Positions 29,440 to 41,800 of a stretch of 64,000 nucleotides of DNA are shown here, piece by piece. Made by a program: the position numbers and the translations under genes. Every line of letters begins with the position of its first letter. Position 1 is the stretch's first letter. Under the pieces are notes generated by a model, which saw nothing but the letters and a program-made list of their open reading frames with translations, had not been told where the DNA came from and did not search any database. Source of the stretch: Verrucomicrobiota bacterium (GTDB lineage: Bacteria; Verrucomicrobiota; Verrucomicrobiia; Verrucomicrobiales; Akkermansiaceae); NCBI GenBank assembly GCA_046051965.1, contig JBJONG010000018.1, positions 13,094-77,093 of the forward strand, in the 5' to 3' direction.

Positions 29440-29562
29440 GGTGGGAGAGGATTGTTTAGAAACGGGCGGCGGATTTAGGCTCGGGCATGGGGTGCGTCAA
29501 GGAGAATCCTGCCGCCCAAGGCAGCAACGGGTGATTTTTTTGAAAAACCGGGGGATCGAGAG

Positions 29563-30417
29563 TCAGGGTGCCTCCTCCTCCGACATGTCCCGGAGCTTGT
29601 CGAGGTAGGCGTTTTTGGGGCGGGGTTTCACGGGGCGGGGTTCCTCGGCGAGCATGCCGTTCACGCGGTGTTGGCTGGTTTCGATCAGTTCGGCAATGAG
29701 TTCGGCTTCCGGGAGGTTTTTCCAGTAACGCTTGGGCATTTCGGTTTGCATCATTTTCACCTTGAGGCGGGCGGGGTTGAAAATGCTGCGGTAATAGGTG
29801 AGCCATGCGGCTTCGAGGGCGTCGGGGCTGGCGATGGGGTTTTCGGCGAGGCCGGGGGTGAAGGTAAGGCGCTTGCCGTTCCAATGGGCGCAGCCTTTCG
29901 GGGTGAAGATGCTCCAGTCCATGTTGGCGAAGCGCTTTTTGAAAAACGTGGCGCCTGCCTCGACGATGAAATGATCCGGCTCGAACCACGCGGCGTAGCG
30001 CTCGCGGGCGGTCTCCGGGTCGGTATCGATGAGCCGGAAGCGGACGAAGGCGTGCATCTTGTGGATCTCGCGGCGCACGGCTTTTTCCAGCAACCTCGCT
30101 TTCGCGACATCCGGATCAGTGGCGATGCCGGTGAGATGCCTTTCGTCGCCGCGGGTTACGCGCCAGAGGATGCGGTAAAGCAGTCCCCAGCGTAGAGGAT
30201 CGCGGTGGCAGGCGACGCTTTGTGCCATTTCGAGAAACGCGGCGGGAACCTTGGGCGGGAGACCGGGGGGGGTCGGGGTAAAGTCCGAGGCGAAGAGCGG
30301 GTTATCCCCGCCATCATCACACCACAGGACTTCCCCAGGCGAAACCTGCCGCGCGAGCAGATCCCGGGCGGCATCCCGCCAGGATTCAAAGGACGGCTGG
30401 ATGAAGACGGTGCGCAT
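29563..30417 (-). CDS. TIGR03915 family putative DNA repair protein (DUF4130)
   Basis: WRDAARDLL, VRREIHKMHAFVRFR, WFEPDHFIVE, FNPARLK and MPKRYWKNLPEA; start reassigned to MRTVFI. Confidence 0.9.
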   Translation of the reverse strand: MRTVFIQPSFESWRDAARDLLARQVSPGEVLWCDDGGDNPLFASDFTPTPPGLPPKVPAAFLEMAQSVACHRDPLRWGLLYRILWRVTRGDERHLTGIATDPDVAKARLLEKAVRREIHKMHAFVRFRLIDTDPETARERYAAWFEPDHFIVEAGATFFKKRFANMDWSIFTPKGCAHWNGKRLTFTPGLAENPIASPDALEAAWLTYYRSIFNPARLKVKMMQTEMPKRYWKNLPEAELIAELIETSQHRVNGMLAEEPRPVKPRPKNAYLDKLRDMSEEEAP

Positions 30418-30564
30418 GGGGATATTTCCCCATACCGCCATTTGCCGAAGTCCGCAACCCACGACGCACCCGGTACTGGTGCCCTTTTCCTTTCCCTTGA
30501 TCTCAAGCAAAGATCCAACAAGTGCTAGACGGAGCGTGGGTGAACATACAGAATCTCGCCACTA

Positions 30565-32487
30565 ATGGATGACTTGGGAAAAATCCTGAACCGCCTCGAA
30601 TCGTGTGTCCGGCGGGGGGCTTACGAGTCCTTGGAAACGGACTGGCTGGAAGTCAAGCCCGTGCCTGCCACCGGGAACGCTTGGGACAGCATCAGGGAGT
30701 CGATTTGCGCTTTTTTGAACACCCGCGGCGGAGTTGTCCTGTTGGGCTTGAAAGACGAACAAAAGCCCGAACGCCGCTACTTGTTCACCGGCTACACCGA
30801 GGATCAGAGCGGCCAGCTTTCCGAACTTCGGAACCATTTTAAGGACACGCGGCGCAATCCGATGGATGTCGGCGAGTTCATCCGCTTTGAGGTTCGCCCT
30901 TTCATGGACGGACAGGTGGCGCTGGTGCGGGTGAGCGCCTTGCCGGAGGATCGCAAGTTCTGCCTGTTCCGGGAAGAGGCCTTCGAACGCGTGGCCGACC
31001 GGGATGAACGGATCACAAAGGCACGCGTACAGGATCAGGAGGAGAGGAAAAGGGAAATGGAGACGTTCCGCGAACTCCGTCCGGTGGAGGGAGTGACGGC
31101 GGATGACCTGAGCCTGCAACGGATTAACGAGCTCATTTTCCTGATTAATCAGGGACAGGCACAGCCGATCGAATCACTGAAGAGTTCGGTGCCAGACGCC
31201 GTGCCGTTCTTGGAACGCAGAAGGTTTCTCCTGAGGGATGGAAAGGTCACCACGCTGGGGATGTTGGTTGTGGGCACCCACCCGGAGGAGCATCTACTAT
31301 TCCGCAGCCATATGGATGCTTTCGTGGCGGTGCCCAACCTGGTGGCGCAGGATAAAAAGACCTTCCGTGACAACATCCTCCAACTGATGGAATCAGGGCA
31401 AAACTGGACGCTCAGGAACATCCAGACGGGAGTTTCTCATGAGGCTGGGGGTACGATGGTTTCTGAATATCCGGAGAAGCTCATTCGCGAATGCATCAAC
31501 AACGCTCTCGCGCACCGCGACTATTCAATCAACAGGCCTGTTCAGCTGACACTTAAGCCGCGCGAGTCGCTCGAAATCCGCAACGCGGGGCATCTTCCCC
31601 ACGAGTTGGTTTTCGAGAAGCCAGACGAACTAGTTCCAGTACGTCGCATTTTTCCTAACCCAAGGGCTCGCAATCCGCGGCTTGCGGACGTTCTCAAGCT
31701 GCACAGCAAGTGGGAAGGCAAAGGCATCGGCATGTCCGATCTCGTGAATTACGCGCTCGGGAACAAGATCGACCTACCCTACTACCTTTTTCATTCTGCG
31801 GATGAACTGTCGCTTTGTATTCCATCGGGCAGGTTGCTGGACGACTCGATGGAGGAATGGATGGAACTGATGGACGGTTTGATCGCCACCAAAACCAAAG
31901 ACCGAACCCTGACGCATGAGCACCGGATGGTGCTGGCCTACCTGCTCAAAAGCGAACGCAACAACCGTCTCGGACGATATACCCTGGCGCTGACACCCAG
32001 CAACAACCACTTCGAAGCCATCACCGATCTGAAATTCTGGGGTTTGATCGAGCTTCACCCTGCTAGTGACCAATTCCGTGAGGTCTATGTAGTGTGCCGC
32101 AGCTTTGCGGAGGACGATCATTACGATGAAATCCGAGAGGTGATGGGAGCCGACTTCGACCGGATGGATGAGATGAGCCGTCTGACATTGAACATGATTA
32201 GCATCGCCGAAAAGCATTCTAAACAGGGGGGGTTGAACGCCAAACAAGTTTATCGTTTGATCCGTCACCACATGCCGGAGGAGCTTCGCAAGCGAGGAGA
32301 AGACGAATTTTATCGGGCTGTCCGTTATAGAGTTGAAAGAATGGCACCGGACAAAATCAACCGTCCAATCAAGGACTTGTTCGATGCCAAATGGCACAGC
32401 GTTCCCGAACGCATACTCAGTGTGCGCGGCCCTTCTAACCGCCCCTCATTCCGTCTGAACCGTGGATTCCACAAACCCATGCTTTGA
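30565..32487 (+). CDS. Schlafen/AlbA_2 domain + HATPase_c_4 (RecG-C-like) protein
   Basis: ETDWLEVK (ExxxxExK), ICAFLNTRGGVVLLG, YPEKLIRECINNALAHRDY, RNPRLADVL and EGKGIGM. Confidence 0.82.
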   Translation: MDDLGKILNRLESCVRRGAYESLETDWLEVKPVPATGNAWDSIRESICAFLNTRGGVVLLGLKDEQKPERRYLFTGYTEDQSGQLSELRNHFKDTRRNPMDVGEFIRFEVRPFMDGQVALVRVSALPEDRKFCLFREEAFERVADRDERITKARVQDQEERKREMETFRELRPVEGVTADDLSLQRINELIFLINQGQAQPIESLKSSVPDAVPFLERRRFLLRDGKVTTLGMLVVGTHPEEHLLFRSHMDAFVAVPNLVAQDKKTFRDNILQLMESGQNWTLRNIQTGVSHEAGGTMVSEYPEKLIRECINNALAHRDYSINRPVQLTLKPRESLEIRNAGHLPHELVFEKPDELVPVRRIFPNPRARNPRLADVLKLHSKWEGKGIGMSDLVNYALGNKIDLPYYLFHSADELSLCIPSGRLLDDSMEEWMELMDGLIATKTKDRTLTHEHRMVLAYLLKSERNNRLGRYTLALTPSNNHFEAITDLKFWGLIELHPASDQFREVYVVCRSFAEDDHYDEIREVMGADFDRMDEMSRLTLNMISIAEKHSKQGGLNAKQVYRLIRHHMPEELRKRGEDEFYRAVRYRVERMAPDKINRPIKDLFDAKWHSVPERILSVRGPSNRPSFRLNRGFHKPML

Positions 32488-32520
32488 GAAGACCATATCC
32501 TCTGATAGCTCACAGCCGGA

Positions 32521-33762
32521 TCAACGGATCTCATGGGGCGCGAAGAGGTCGAGTTGCTGCGGCTTCGGTAGGAAACGGGCGCGGAGGCGGTCGGAATCTA
32601 ACAGAAGCGACGAGGGGTTGTAATCGGCGGTGATGAGGAAGGGCTGCACTTTTTTCAGCGAAACACGGAGCCTCACGAGATCGGCGAGGCGGATTTTTCC
32701 GAAGCGGCGGATGTGGAGGATGCGATCCACGTTGCGCACGCCGAGGCCGGGGACGCGGAGGAGGGTCTCGCGGGGGGCGGTTTGGACATCGACGGGGAAA
32801 TCGTGGCGGTTGCGCAGCGCCCAGGCGAGTTTCGGGTCGAGATCGAGGTCGAGGTTGGGTGTTTCGGGGGTGAGGATTTCCGAGGTTTTGAAACCGTAGA
32901 AACGCATCAGCCAATCCGCCTGGTAAAGCCGGTGCTCGCGGACGAGGGGCGGTGCTTTGAGCGGCAGGACGCTGGATGGCTCGGGGATGGGGCTGAAGGC
33001 GGAGTAATAGACGCGCCGCATCTTGAAGTTCCCGTAAAGGTCGTCCGAGCGGGCGAGGAAATCGGCGTCCGTGGAGGCGTCCGCTCCTACTATGACTTGC
33101 GTACTTTGGCCGGTGGCGTGGCGGAGTTTCCTGTCGCCGTTTTTGCGACGCTCGCTGGCTTCATCGAGCTTGGTGCGAATGCGTCCCATCGCGTGGCGGG
33201 TGCGGTGGATGTTTTTCTCGGGGGCGAGGAGGTCGAGGGATTTCTGGGTCGGCAGCTCGAGGTTGATGCTGATGCGGTCGGCGTAGCGGGCGGCGATCTC
33301 GATGAGCTCCGGCGAGGCTTCGGGGATGGTTTTCAGATGGATGTAGCCGCGGAAATCATGCGTCTCGCGCAGGGTGCGGGCGACGTCGATGACCATTTCC
33401 ATGGTGTGGTCGGCGTTGCGGATGATGCCGGAGCTGAGGAACAGCCCCTCGATGTAGTTCCGCTTGTAGAAATCGAGCGTGAGTTTCACCACCTCCTCCG
33501 CCGTGAACGCGGCGCGGCGGACGTTGCTGGAGCGGCGGTTGATGCAGTAGTGGCAATCGTAGATGCAGAGGTTAGTAAGCAGCACCTTGAGCAGCGAGAT
33601 GCAGCGCCCGTCCGGAGCGTAGCTGTGGCAGATGCCCGCGCCGCCGGTGGAGCCGACGCCTTTCCCGCCGAGCGAGTTTCCCCGCACGGCTCCCGAGCTG
33701 GCGCAGGAGGCATCGTATTTGGCGGCGTCGGCGAGGATGGCGAGTTTGGAGTCGAGTTCCAT
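32521..33762 (-). CDS. Putative DNA modification/repair radical SAM protein (TIGR03916)
   Basis: KLAILADAAKYDASC, CxxxCxxC motif CIYDCHYC, REHRLYQADWLMRFYGF and a HhH segment LRVPGLG. Confidence 0.93.
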   Translation of the reverse strand: MELDSKLAILADAAKYDASCASSGAVRGNSLGGKGVGSTGGAGICHSYAPDGRCISLLKVLLTNLCIYDCHYCINRRSSNVRRAAFTAEEVVKLTLDFYKRNYIEGLFLSSGIIRNADHTMEMVIDVARTLRETHDFRGYIHLKTIPEASPELIEIAARYADRISINLELPTQKSLDLLAPEKNIHRTRHAMGRIRTKLDEASERRKNGDRKLRHATGQSTQVIVGADASTDADFLARSDDLYGNFKMRRVYYSAFSPIPEPSSVLPLKAPPLVREHRLYQADWLMRFYGFKTSEILTPETPNLDLDLDPKLAWALRNRHDFPVDVQTAPRETLLRVPGLGVRNVDRILHIRRFGKIRLADLVRLRVSLKKVQPFLITADYNPSSLLLDSDRLRARFLPKPQQLDLFAPHEIR

Positions 33763-33863
33763 GTGTCCATGCGAACACTATCCGGATGCAGCGTGAAAAC
33801 CAGTGGAAAAATCGATAATGCGATCCCGCTTCCGGTTGGGGGCGTTTCTGCTAGGTGTGGGAA

Positions 33864-34967
33864 ATGGACACGGAGGAAATCGGGAAACGGAAGGGCAGGG
33901 ATCTGGTGGCGGCGCTCGATTTCAGGAAACTTCCGAAGGTTTTGCTCCACGAGCATTTGGACGGCGGGCTTCGGCCTTCGACGGTGATCGATCTGGCTCG
34001 GGAGAGCGGATACAAGGGTTTGCCTACGGAAGATGCGGGCGAATTGGCGGCGTGGTTCCATCGCGGCGCGCAACGCGGGAATTTGCCGGAGTATCTGCAG
34101 GGCTTCGCCCATACCTGCGGGGTGATGCAGTCGAAAGCCGCGCTGGAAAGGGTGGCCTACGAGTTCATCGCTGACATGCATGAGGACGGCGTGGTCTATG
34201 CGGAAGTCCGCTTCGCCCCGCTGCTGCACACCGAGGGCGGGCTCTCGCAGGACGAGGTGGTGAACGCCGTGCTGAAAGGCCTGCGTCGCGGGGAAAAGGA
34301 TTTCGGCGTGAAATGGGGCCTCATCATCTGCGCCCTGCGACACCTCACAGACTCGATGGTTGCAGCCGAACTCGCCATCCGCTGGCGCGATGCGGGCGTG
34401 GTCGGCTTCGACCTCGCGGGCGGCGAATCCGGCTTTCCCCCGAAGAAACACGTCGATGCCTTCCATGCGATCCAGCGCGCCAATTTCCACATCACGATCC
34501 ACGCCGGCGAGGCCTTCGGGCTGGAGTCGATCTGGCAGGCGCTGCAATATTGCGGCGCGCACCGCCTTGGTCACGCGACCCGGCTCAGGGACGACATCCA
34601 CGTCATGGACGACGGCTCGCTGAAACTCGGCACCCTCGCCCAATACGTGCTCGACTGCCGCATCCCGCTGGAAATGTGCCTTTACTCGAACCTCCACACC
34701 GGCGCCTGCCACGACCTCGCGCAGCATCCCTTCGGCCTCTTTTTCCGCAACGGCTTCCGCGTCTGCCTCAACACCGACGACCGCCTGATGAGCGACACCA
34801 CCATGACGAAGGAAACCATCCTCGCCGCGGAGCTTTTCGACCTCAGCCTCGCGGAGATCGAGAAACTCAGCATCAACGCGATGAAAAGCGCCTTCGCCCC
34901 CTACGGCAAGCGGCTCGAGATCATCTACAACACGATCAAGCCTGGATACGCGGCGTTGCGGGTATGA
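33864..34967 (+). CDS. add: Adenosine deaminase
   Basis: LHEHLDGGLRP, GFDLAGGE, TIHAGE, RLGHAT and NTDD; alternative GTG start at 33855. Confidence 0.92.
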   Translation: MDTEEIGKRKGRDLVAALDFRKLPKVLLHEHLDGGLRPSTVIDLARESGYKGLPTEDAGELAAWFHRGAQRGNLPEYLQGFAHTCGVMQSKAALERVAYEFIADMHEDGVVYAEVRFAPLLHTEGGLSQDEVVNAVLKGLRRGEKDFGVKWGLIICALRHLTDSMVAAELAIRWRDAGVVGFDLAGGESGFPPKKHVDAFHAIQRANFHITIHAGEAFGLESIWQALQYCGAHRLGHATRLRDDIHVMDDGSLKLGTLAQYVLDCRIPLEMCLYSNLHTGACHDLAQHPFGLFFRNGFRVCLNTDDRLMSDTTMTKETILAAELFDLSLAEIEKLSINAMKSAFAPYGKRLEIIYNTIKPGYAALRV

Positions 34968-35009
34968 TTCCTCTTGGCAAGAGCCGCGCCGCCGGGAAAC
35001 CTTTCCGCC

Positions 35010-35798
35010 ATGAACACCAACGCATACCTCAAGGAGCTTTTCGATCTCAGCGGCAAAACGGCGGTCGTAATCGGCGGCACGGGTGAACTCTGCGGCACCA
35101 TGGCCGTCGGCCTCGCGCGGGCGGGAGCCGAGGTGGTGCTGGGCGGACGAATCCCGGAAAAAGCGGAGAAGCGCCTCGCGGAAATCGAGAGCTACGGCGG
35201 CAAGGGATACTTCGTGCCGGTTGACGTCACTTCACGCCAGTCCCTTCATGACATGCTCGAGACCGTGTTGGAAAAATCCGGAGGCGTGGACATCCTCATC
35301 AACGGCGCGGGCACCAACTCGCCGACCCCTTTCCTCGACATCACCGAGGAGGAATACGCCCGCATCATCGATACGAACCTCACCTCCATCTTCCGCGCCT
35401 GCCAGGTCTTCGGGCAGTATTTCGTCGATGAGATGCGCCCCGCCTCCATCATCAACCTCGGCTCCATCTCCGGGCTGAACCCGCTCTCCCGCGTGTTCAC
35501 CTACTCCGCCTCGAAGGCCGCCGTCCACAACCTCACCCGCAACCTCGCCCGTGAATGGGCGGACAAGGACATCCGCGTCAACACCCTCGTCCCCGGCTTC
35601 TTCCCCGCCGAGCAGAACCGCAAGGTGCTCGACGAGTCCCGCGTGCTCGACATCCTCCGCCAAACCCCGGCCTCCCGTTTCGGTAACGCCGAGGAACTCA
35701 TCGGAGCCACCCTCCTCCTCGCCTCATCCAAGGCCGGCTCCTTCATCACCGGCATGGAAATGATCGTCGACGGCGGCTTCCAGGCGATGAGCATTTAG
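35010..35798 (+). CDS. SDR oxidoreductase (KduD/gluconate-5-dehydrogenase-like)
   Basis: [12 protein letters not shown] and YSASK (YxxxK); start reassigned to MNTNAY. Confidence 0.9.
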   Translation: MNTNAYLKELFDLSGKTAVVIGGTGELCGTMAVGLARAGAEVVLGGRIPEKAEKRLAEIESYGGKGYFVPVDVTSRQSLHDMLETVLEKSGGVDILINGAGTNSPTPFLDITEEEYARIIDTNLTSIFRACQVFGQYFVDEMRPASIINLGSISGLNPLSRVFTYSASKAAVHNLTRNLAREWADKDIRVNTLVPGFFPAEQNRKVLDESRVLDILRQTPASRFGNAEELIGATLLLASSKAGSFITGMEMIVDGGFQAMSI

Positions 35799-35803
35799 GA
35801 AAG

Positions 35804-35828
35804 TGGCGGCGATCTTCGGTCGCCGCCA
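35804..35828. terminator. GC hairpin with C(UUCG)G loop between the convergent SDR and helicase genes
   Basis: TGGCGGCGA-tcttcgg-TCGCCGCCA. Confidence 0.65.
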
Positions 35829-35835
35829 GTCCACG

Positions 35836-38800
35836 TCAGATCCGCATCAAATAAACCGTGGTTTCATGGCCTTGATCGATCAGATTTGAGACACCACCCG
35901 TCAATTCTAGCAGATACTTAGGGTTAGTAGCTGCAGGCCGACGATTCGAACGACCGCTTGCCGCCGAACTGTTTGTCATCTCAGTTTCACAATGGATTCT
36001 CCGGTCATGGTAGTTGCGGGTTCGCTTATCAAGCCGCAACTGGCCGTCAATCCGGGTGTTGGAGAAGTTTCCTAGCTTCTCCAATCGTTTCTTCAAATTT
36101 TCAAACCGCCTCTGCATTGGAAGTTGATCCCTAAGATTAGCCGCAGGTCCATACTCCAGTTTCAATTCGGCGATAGGTGACGCGGCTATCTCGCCAATCT
36201 CGCGCATAAACTCGAAAAGATAGTCTTCCGCCCAATCCTCCGCCAGACAATAGCGATCCGAAATCCTGAGCCGGGCTATTTTTTTCGCTGCGAGAAATCC
36301 GAATAGTTTCCGGAAATCACGGACTTGCCCGCATCCGAAGTTGAATCTTTCAGCACCCGCTGGAGGGCGCAGTTCATATTCTGAAATTTTTCCTTGGATA
36401 GAGTCATACTTCACCAAATCTTCGGCATTTGGGGTTTTGACGATCAAAACAGATCCCGAATTGATTTCCACAGATGAAAGTGGCTGCAGCGATTGCTCGA
36501 TGATATGAACCCCAGTCCGCTTGCCACCCGGTTCCAGTAAAAGAAAATCCGGAGGATTCGCGATGAACGCACGCTCGATGACCAATGATCCCGAACTCAC
36601 TTCAGGCAGCAAAGACTCAGCGAGTCGTCTTGCCTTTGGCTGTGCGGGATCCTGGAACGAAGGAATGTTGGACGCCCTCAGTGTCACTTTTTTACCATCA
36701 GCGATCCACCGTTTGATCTGCTTCCACCCTTTAAATGTTTCCAAAACGGGAAGTTCCACCGTGCCCTCCTCTTGCATCGGAATATCACCCCCAAAATCTC
36801 CCAGAGATCTAGAAAACACCACGATCTCAGTAGAATTTTTCAGCAATACATCCAGCACTTCCCGGCTGATTTCCGTCCCGCCCATTTCCTGAACCGTCTT
36901 CCGCTTGAGTCGCAAGACGCCTTCAAACCAATCAAGTGCTTCGATCCTGCGGAAATCATCCCAGTAACGCTGGTTTGTGAAACTCCTTAGACACCCGGAG
37001 CAACTCGCCGAGCATCCTTTCGAGCACGTGAGCACATGGATGGCTTCGCGAAAAAGTTTCTCGAAATCCCCGCCGACCACACGCTCGCTATATCCGGCAC
37101 CACCGGATACGCTGTCGAAAAGAACGATCTCCAACCCGCTCGAAAGCGGTCGATACGTCACACCGAGCTCCCGTTCTGGAATCTGGTAAAGATTCGCCGC
37201 AGCCTTTCTGAGAGCCTCAATGATCGTCCGGCAGACGATCTCGCGATCAAGAGCAGTTCCATCGGTAGCCAAAGCCAGCGGCACGATTCTACCGACTCTG
37301 ATCTGGGCGACATCGGTATAAAAACTGTGAGCTAGATCAAAACCACCGAACGACAAGCCCTGATCGCAGGCTGAATCAGAGTATGGCAGACGATGAGGCT
37401 CCATCGCTCTCCGGCTATTCGGCACCGGCTCGCTGTAGCCGCAGCGACAGCTGCGAAAACCTCCGCCGCGACCACGGTTGATGATGACAAGCTGGGCATC
37501 CCGCGCCTTTCTCGAAGCATACGAAACTTCCTGCAGAACCGTCCCTTGGAAATGGGAATCAGGTGCGCCCGTGACCAGTTGGGTTTCCATTGCTGGCTTT
37601 GGGATCTCCCGGCTACTACGTGGTTCCTTTCCACGACGTTCGTAAAAAGCGGTGGAGAAACAGGATGGTTCGATGAAGGGGCGTGGCGTGCTTCCCGGAT
37701 CGCTCTGGCAAGCCGGGCATAGCTTAGGTAGATCGTCCTTTTGATCTGCCGTTACAATGTGTCGGCACTGTCCGCAGGTGATGTAGTACATCGTCGGTCT
37801 AAACTCGCGTGGTTGGTAAGGAATGCAGCGAGAGGTCCAGATTCTCCCGTTCGCGACCACCTCTGCCCCTGGAGCGTATTCGGTGATTCCCAGTTTCGCG
37901 TCACGAACCAACTCGATCTGGTCGGTGCTCCAGCGATTCTCCTTCACGATTTCCAGCTCGATGCTATCGACTGGGAAACTGTATGTCGGGATCATTCCGT
38001 GTCGTGAAAGGAAATTCACGATTGGCTGGTTCGCCCAGCGGTAAGCGTTTTCACGGAGATAATCGCTTCTTCCCCCCGCATTATGTGCTTCTCTCGCTTT
38101 CGCCGTGTAGTAGCGGTAACGTTGTGCGAACTTTTCGGAGAGAATCGTCATCCCTTCGACGAACCGCTGGACAAGGAAGACCTGTTCCCCACCAAGAAAA
38201 GTTATTTCCTCAGCCGTAAGACCGTCATTGATCGAGAGTATTTCGAACAAATCCGCGCAGGCGGTCTTCGCCGGTTTGGATTCTGTTCCGTTAATCCAAA
38301 CTGCGAGGCCAGAGAGAAACGCAGCCTCTTCCTGCTCACCATAAGTGATCCGCGAGGGATCAGCGGGAGTGACATTGTTTCCCGTTAGATCGAAGCGGGT
38401 CAGACCAAAGAGTTCCCCGATCTGTAGGCCTCTGCCAATAAGAGCTAGGTGGGTAAGAAAATCTCCGAGCAAAATGGAAAACTGATGGCGCTCGAGCAAT
38501 CGCTGGTTCCCAAGGTGGACGGTTGGCGTAGGCGGTGCCTTTGTGAGGAATTGCTGGGCTTCCTCGAATTGCAACTGATCGTAGTTTCTGTTGCGGGCGA
38601 AAGTAACTGCCACGGGAGCCGCTTGCGCCCGTCGCCCGGCACGTCCCGCCCGCTGCTGATAATTTGAAATTTCCGGGGGAACGTTTCTCAGGAATACCCC
38701 TTCTAGATCCCCGAGATCAATCCCGACCTCCATCGTCGTCGAAGATGAAAGGACGTTCACTTGCTGCTTCTTGAATTTTTCCTCGATCTTCTCACGCTCA

Positions 38801-41800
38801 TCAGCGGAAATTGCAGCCGTATGTTCTCGCACGATCGCAGAAGGAAACGCGCCTTCCTGCAATCCTGAGTAAAGGAAGCGGTAGTGGTTTTCATTTTGAC
38901 GAGTCTCCCATTCCACTTTGGGAATCTCTCTCATTTCTCCGCCGCAGTTCCACTTGGTGCATTTTCCTCCTACCGGATGCGCTGTGATGTGGACACAGCG
39001 GGTGCATCCAAATCGAGGCGTATTTCCATCGCTTAGCTTGATCTTTATCCGGGAGGAATCCAGCACTCGAATCAGGTTGCTATCCGGTGTTTCTACGAGA
39101 AGAGGATTATCATTATCCTGACCCAACAGGCTCCACACGCTTCGCAAAACATCCTCCCAATTCCCCAACCCCAACTGATCCCGCAATACGTGTCTGAAAC
39201 TGGTCGCGTAGGAATTCCCAGCAGCATTGTAATTCAAAAAGCAAAATCTCGCCAACCCCGGCTCCTTGCCCTCAAGCCGGTACGCGCGATCAGCCTGAGC
39301 GTAACTCCCCCACACAAAATCATCTTTCGCGCTAATACCTCGCGGCAACGTCACCGCCCTGCGATTGCGTAACGTGTCCACGATCCAACGGACAAGGTTT
39401 CCTCCGATTACAGAAGGAATACCCGAATCATTTGCGACAGCATCAAACTCGATATTGCCAAACTCAATATCCACGAGACCAAGTTCCTCGAGCGATGTCC
39501 GGCTTCCCCCTGGCGCACTGAACTCACGGTAGAGATGTCCTGCGATCAAAGTCTCACGGTCATCTTCCGATGGAATTTTATTATCCTTGTCTGTCAGCCC
39601 GTGCTTCAGAATAGGTAGTCTGGCCAACTCGACTGAAAGTTCTTTTAGACGAATGTTTCCTTCTCTTTTAAGAATCCTCAGCAGCTCCCGCTTCACAAGA
39701 ATCTCCTCGTGCGAGCGCTGGAAGTAGGGATAGAAGAACGCGGCATCCTGGCGACTATCGCTGAATACCAGCATGTTTCGCCCGCGTCCGGGTGTTTTTC
39801 GCCTCGTAGTCTCGTCGGCTTTGATTGTTGGCAAATGAGAGTATAGAACTTCGCTAATTGTCGTAGAAAACGCCTGATCGCCCTGATGAAAGCCGGTAAT
39901 AATTTCCGACTCGTCTCGGCTTCCGCAAGATTCGCACTCGGTAAAGCGATCACGCAGGTCTGGATTCTCCGCGAGTTCCTCGGGAGTCGGCCTGGTGCTT
40001 TTCGCATAATCGCATAGCGCCCATTCCGATGCGTCCTCGTCTCCGAGGTCATCCCTGAGAGTTCCATTCTTGAGATGGATAAACACAGGCCGCAGGGTGG
40101 TTTGCGCAGAGTCGTCTTCCATCTCCTCATGTTGCAAGCGGTTACGCTGCGGTTTAATCCAAAAGAGCGTTCGTTTCCGTCCACTCTCGTAAATAGGCGA
40201 GAGGCTTCGTTCACCACCTATACGATCCGCCTCATATCCCTCGATGTAGAGTTCCCCGCATTTGCGGCAGGTCATCAGACGGTAGCGTTGCCCGTCGGTG
40301 CGATTTCCAAAATTTCTACGGAATTGCAGATCGCAGGCACCCTCTGGATTTTCGCTGGGATGCGCGAGCCGGACGGTCGCTTCCTCGATGCCTTTCGTGA
40401 AAAAGTGATACCGGGCGGGTAGTAGCGGAAAGTCCTGTTTCCTCAGCCTAGCGAAAGCGCCCATGGCGACCACGCCCTTCAGAGCTTCGAGTCGATTTCC
40501 CGATTCCGGGAAAAGCTCATCCGCCAGTTCGCTGAAATCAACCACTGACCTGTCAGCCAGTATCCGGGATATTCGCCGCACCACCGGTTCTTTCGCAAGC
40601 AAGCGGCACAACTGTCCCGCAAGATTGTCGGAGGCCTCATCCACTTCAAACCTGCTGATTCCCGCAGCCCGGATTTTTTCATTCCACGCGGAACATGAAG
40701 CACCGCCTAGGCGAACTTCTTTTAGCACCCTGTGCGAAGCTTGCCACTCATCGTCCGAAAGACCCGCGACCGATTCTCCCACGGCCAGCAATTCGTGAGT
40801 CTCCCTCTTCGAGGTGATCACATCTTCCTGTTTGAACGCCGCACCAAACAGACGTGACGCGAACTTCGCGACATCGCGCTTCGCCTGCTCCCCTTCCCCG
40901 AGGCTGGCACTGGTCGCGATGCAACGGATTTCCTCATCGCCGCCGAATTTTACCCTCAACTTCCTTAACAGCAGAGCTACTTCACTGGCCTGCGTTCCCG
41001 CATAAATGTGCACCTCATCGAGCACAAGAAACTTGAGCTTCGAGCGGGTGAACAAAGCACGGTTCTGCGGCAGGAGCAGCAAGTGCTCGAGCATCGCGTA
41101 GTTTGTCACCAGCACATTGGGAGGTGTTAGTAGCATCTCATCGCGGGAAAGAAGCCAGTTCGGCGGAATCCGATTGCCGAGCAGTGCTTTCATCGAATCC
41201 CTTGCCAACAGTTCGTCAGCGAGTTGAGCGCGGGTTTTCCGCCTATCGGTCTGGCCGGTGAATCGACCGATGCTGATTCCGTAATCCTCCAGTTCCTTTG
41301 CCAGGATCGGCACGAGTCGGCTGTAAAGCTGGTCGTTCGCGAGCGCGTTCAGTGGGTAGATGAGAATGGCTCTGATACCATCCTTGTTTTTCAAATCCTC
41401 CTTCAACAACGCATCCAACATCGGGTAAAGGAAAGTCTCCGTCTTTCCCGAACCGGTGCCGGTAGCCACCACGATGTTCTTTTTCCCGACCACGCGCCGT
41501 ATCGCAATCTCCTGATGTTCATGCAACTTTCTGTAGCGGTAAACATCCTCAGGGAGTTTGGAAAATCCTTCATGGATCACATTATCATTCACCAGCGATT
41601 CCAGCGTTGCCCCTTTTGGAAAATCCGGCAGAGCCTCGAGAAACGGCCCCTTGACCAGTGTGTCGGGAGCGCGGAACTGCGTCCTGGCCGCTTCCCGCAG
41701 ACGGGGAAAACGACGGCTGATTGGGAGAGCGGTAAGCAAATACCGCTCCATCCGATCACGAAGATCCTCCTCCAGATGGATAGGGTCAACTTCTATGGGG

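Noticed and set aside
32713-34727. Long antisense ORFs (32713..33987 +, 33486..34727 -), and similarly 2982..4244, 20849..22216, 23327..24733 and 18568..19869
   Set aside because: Shadow frames opposite well-supported genes, expected in high-GC DNA.
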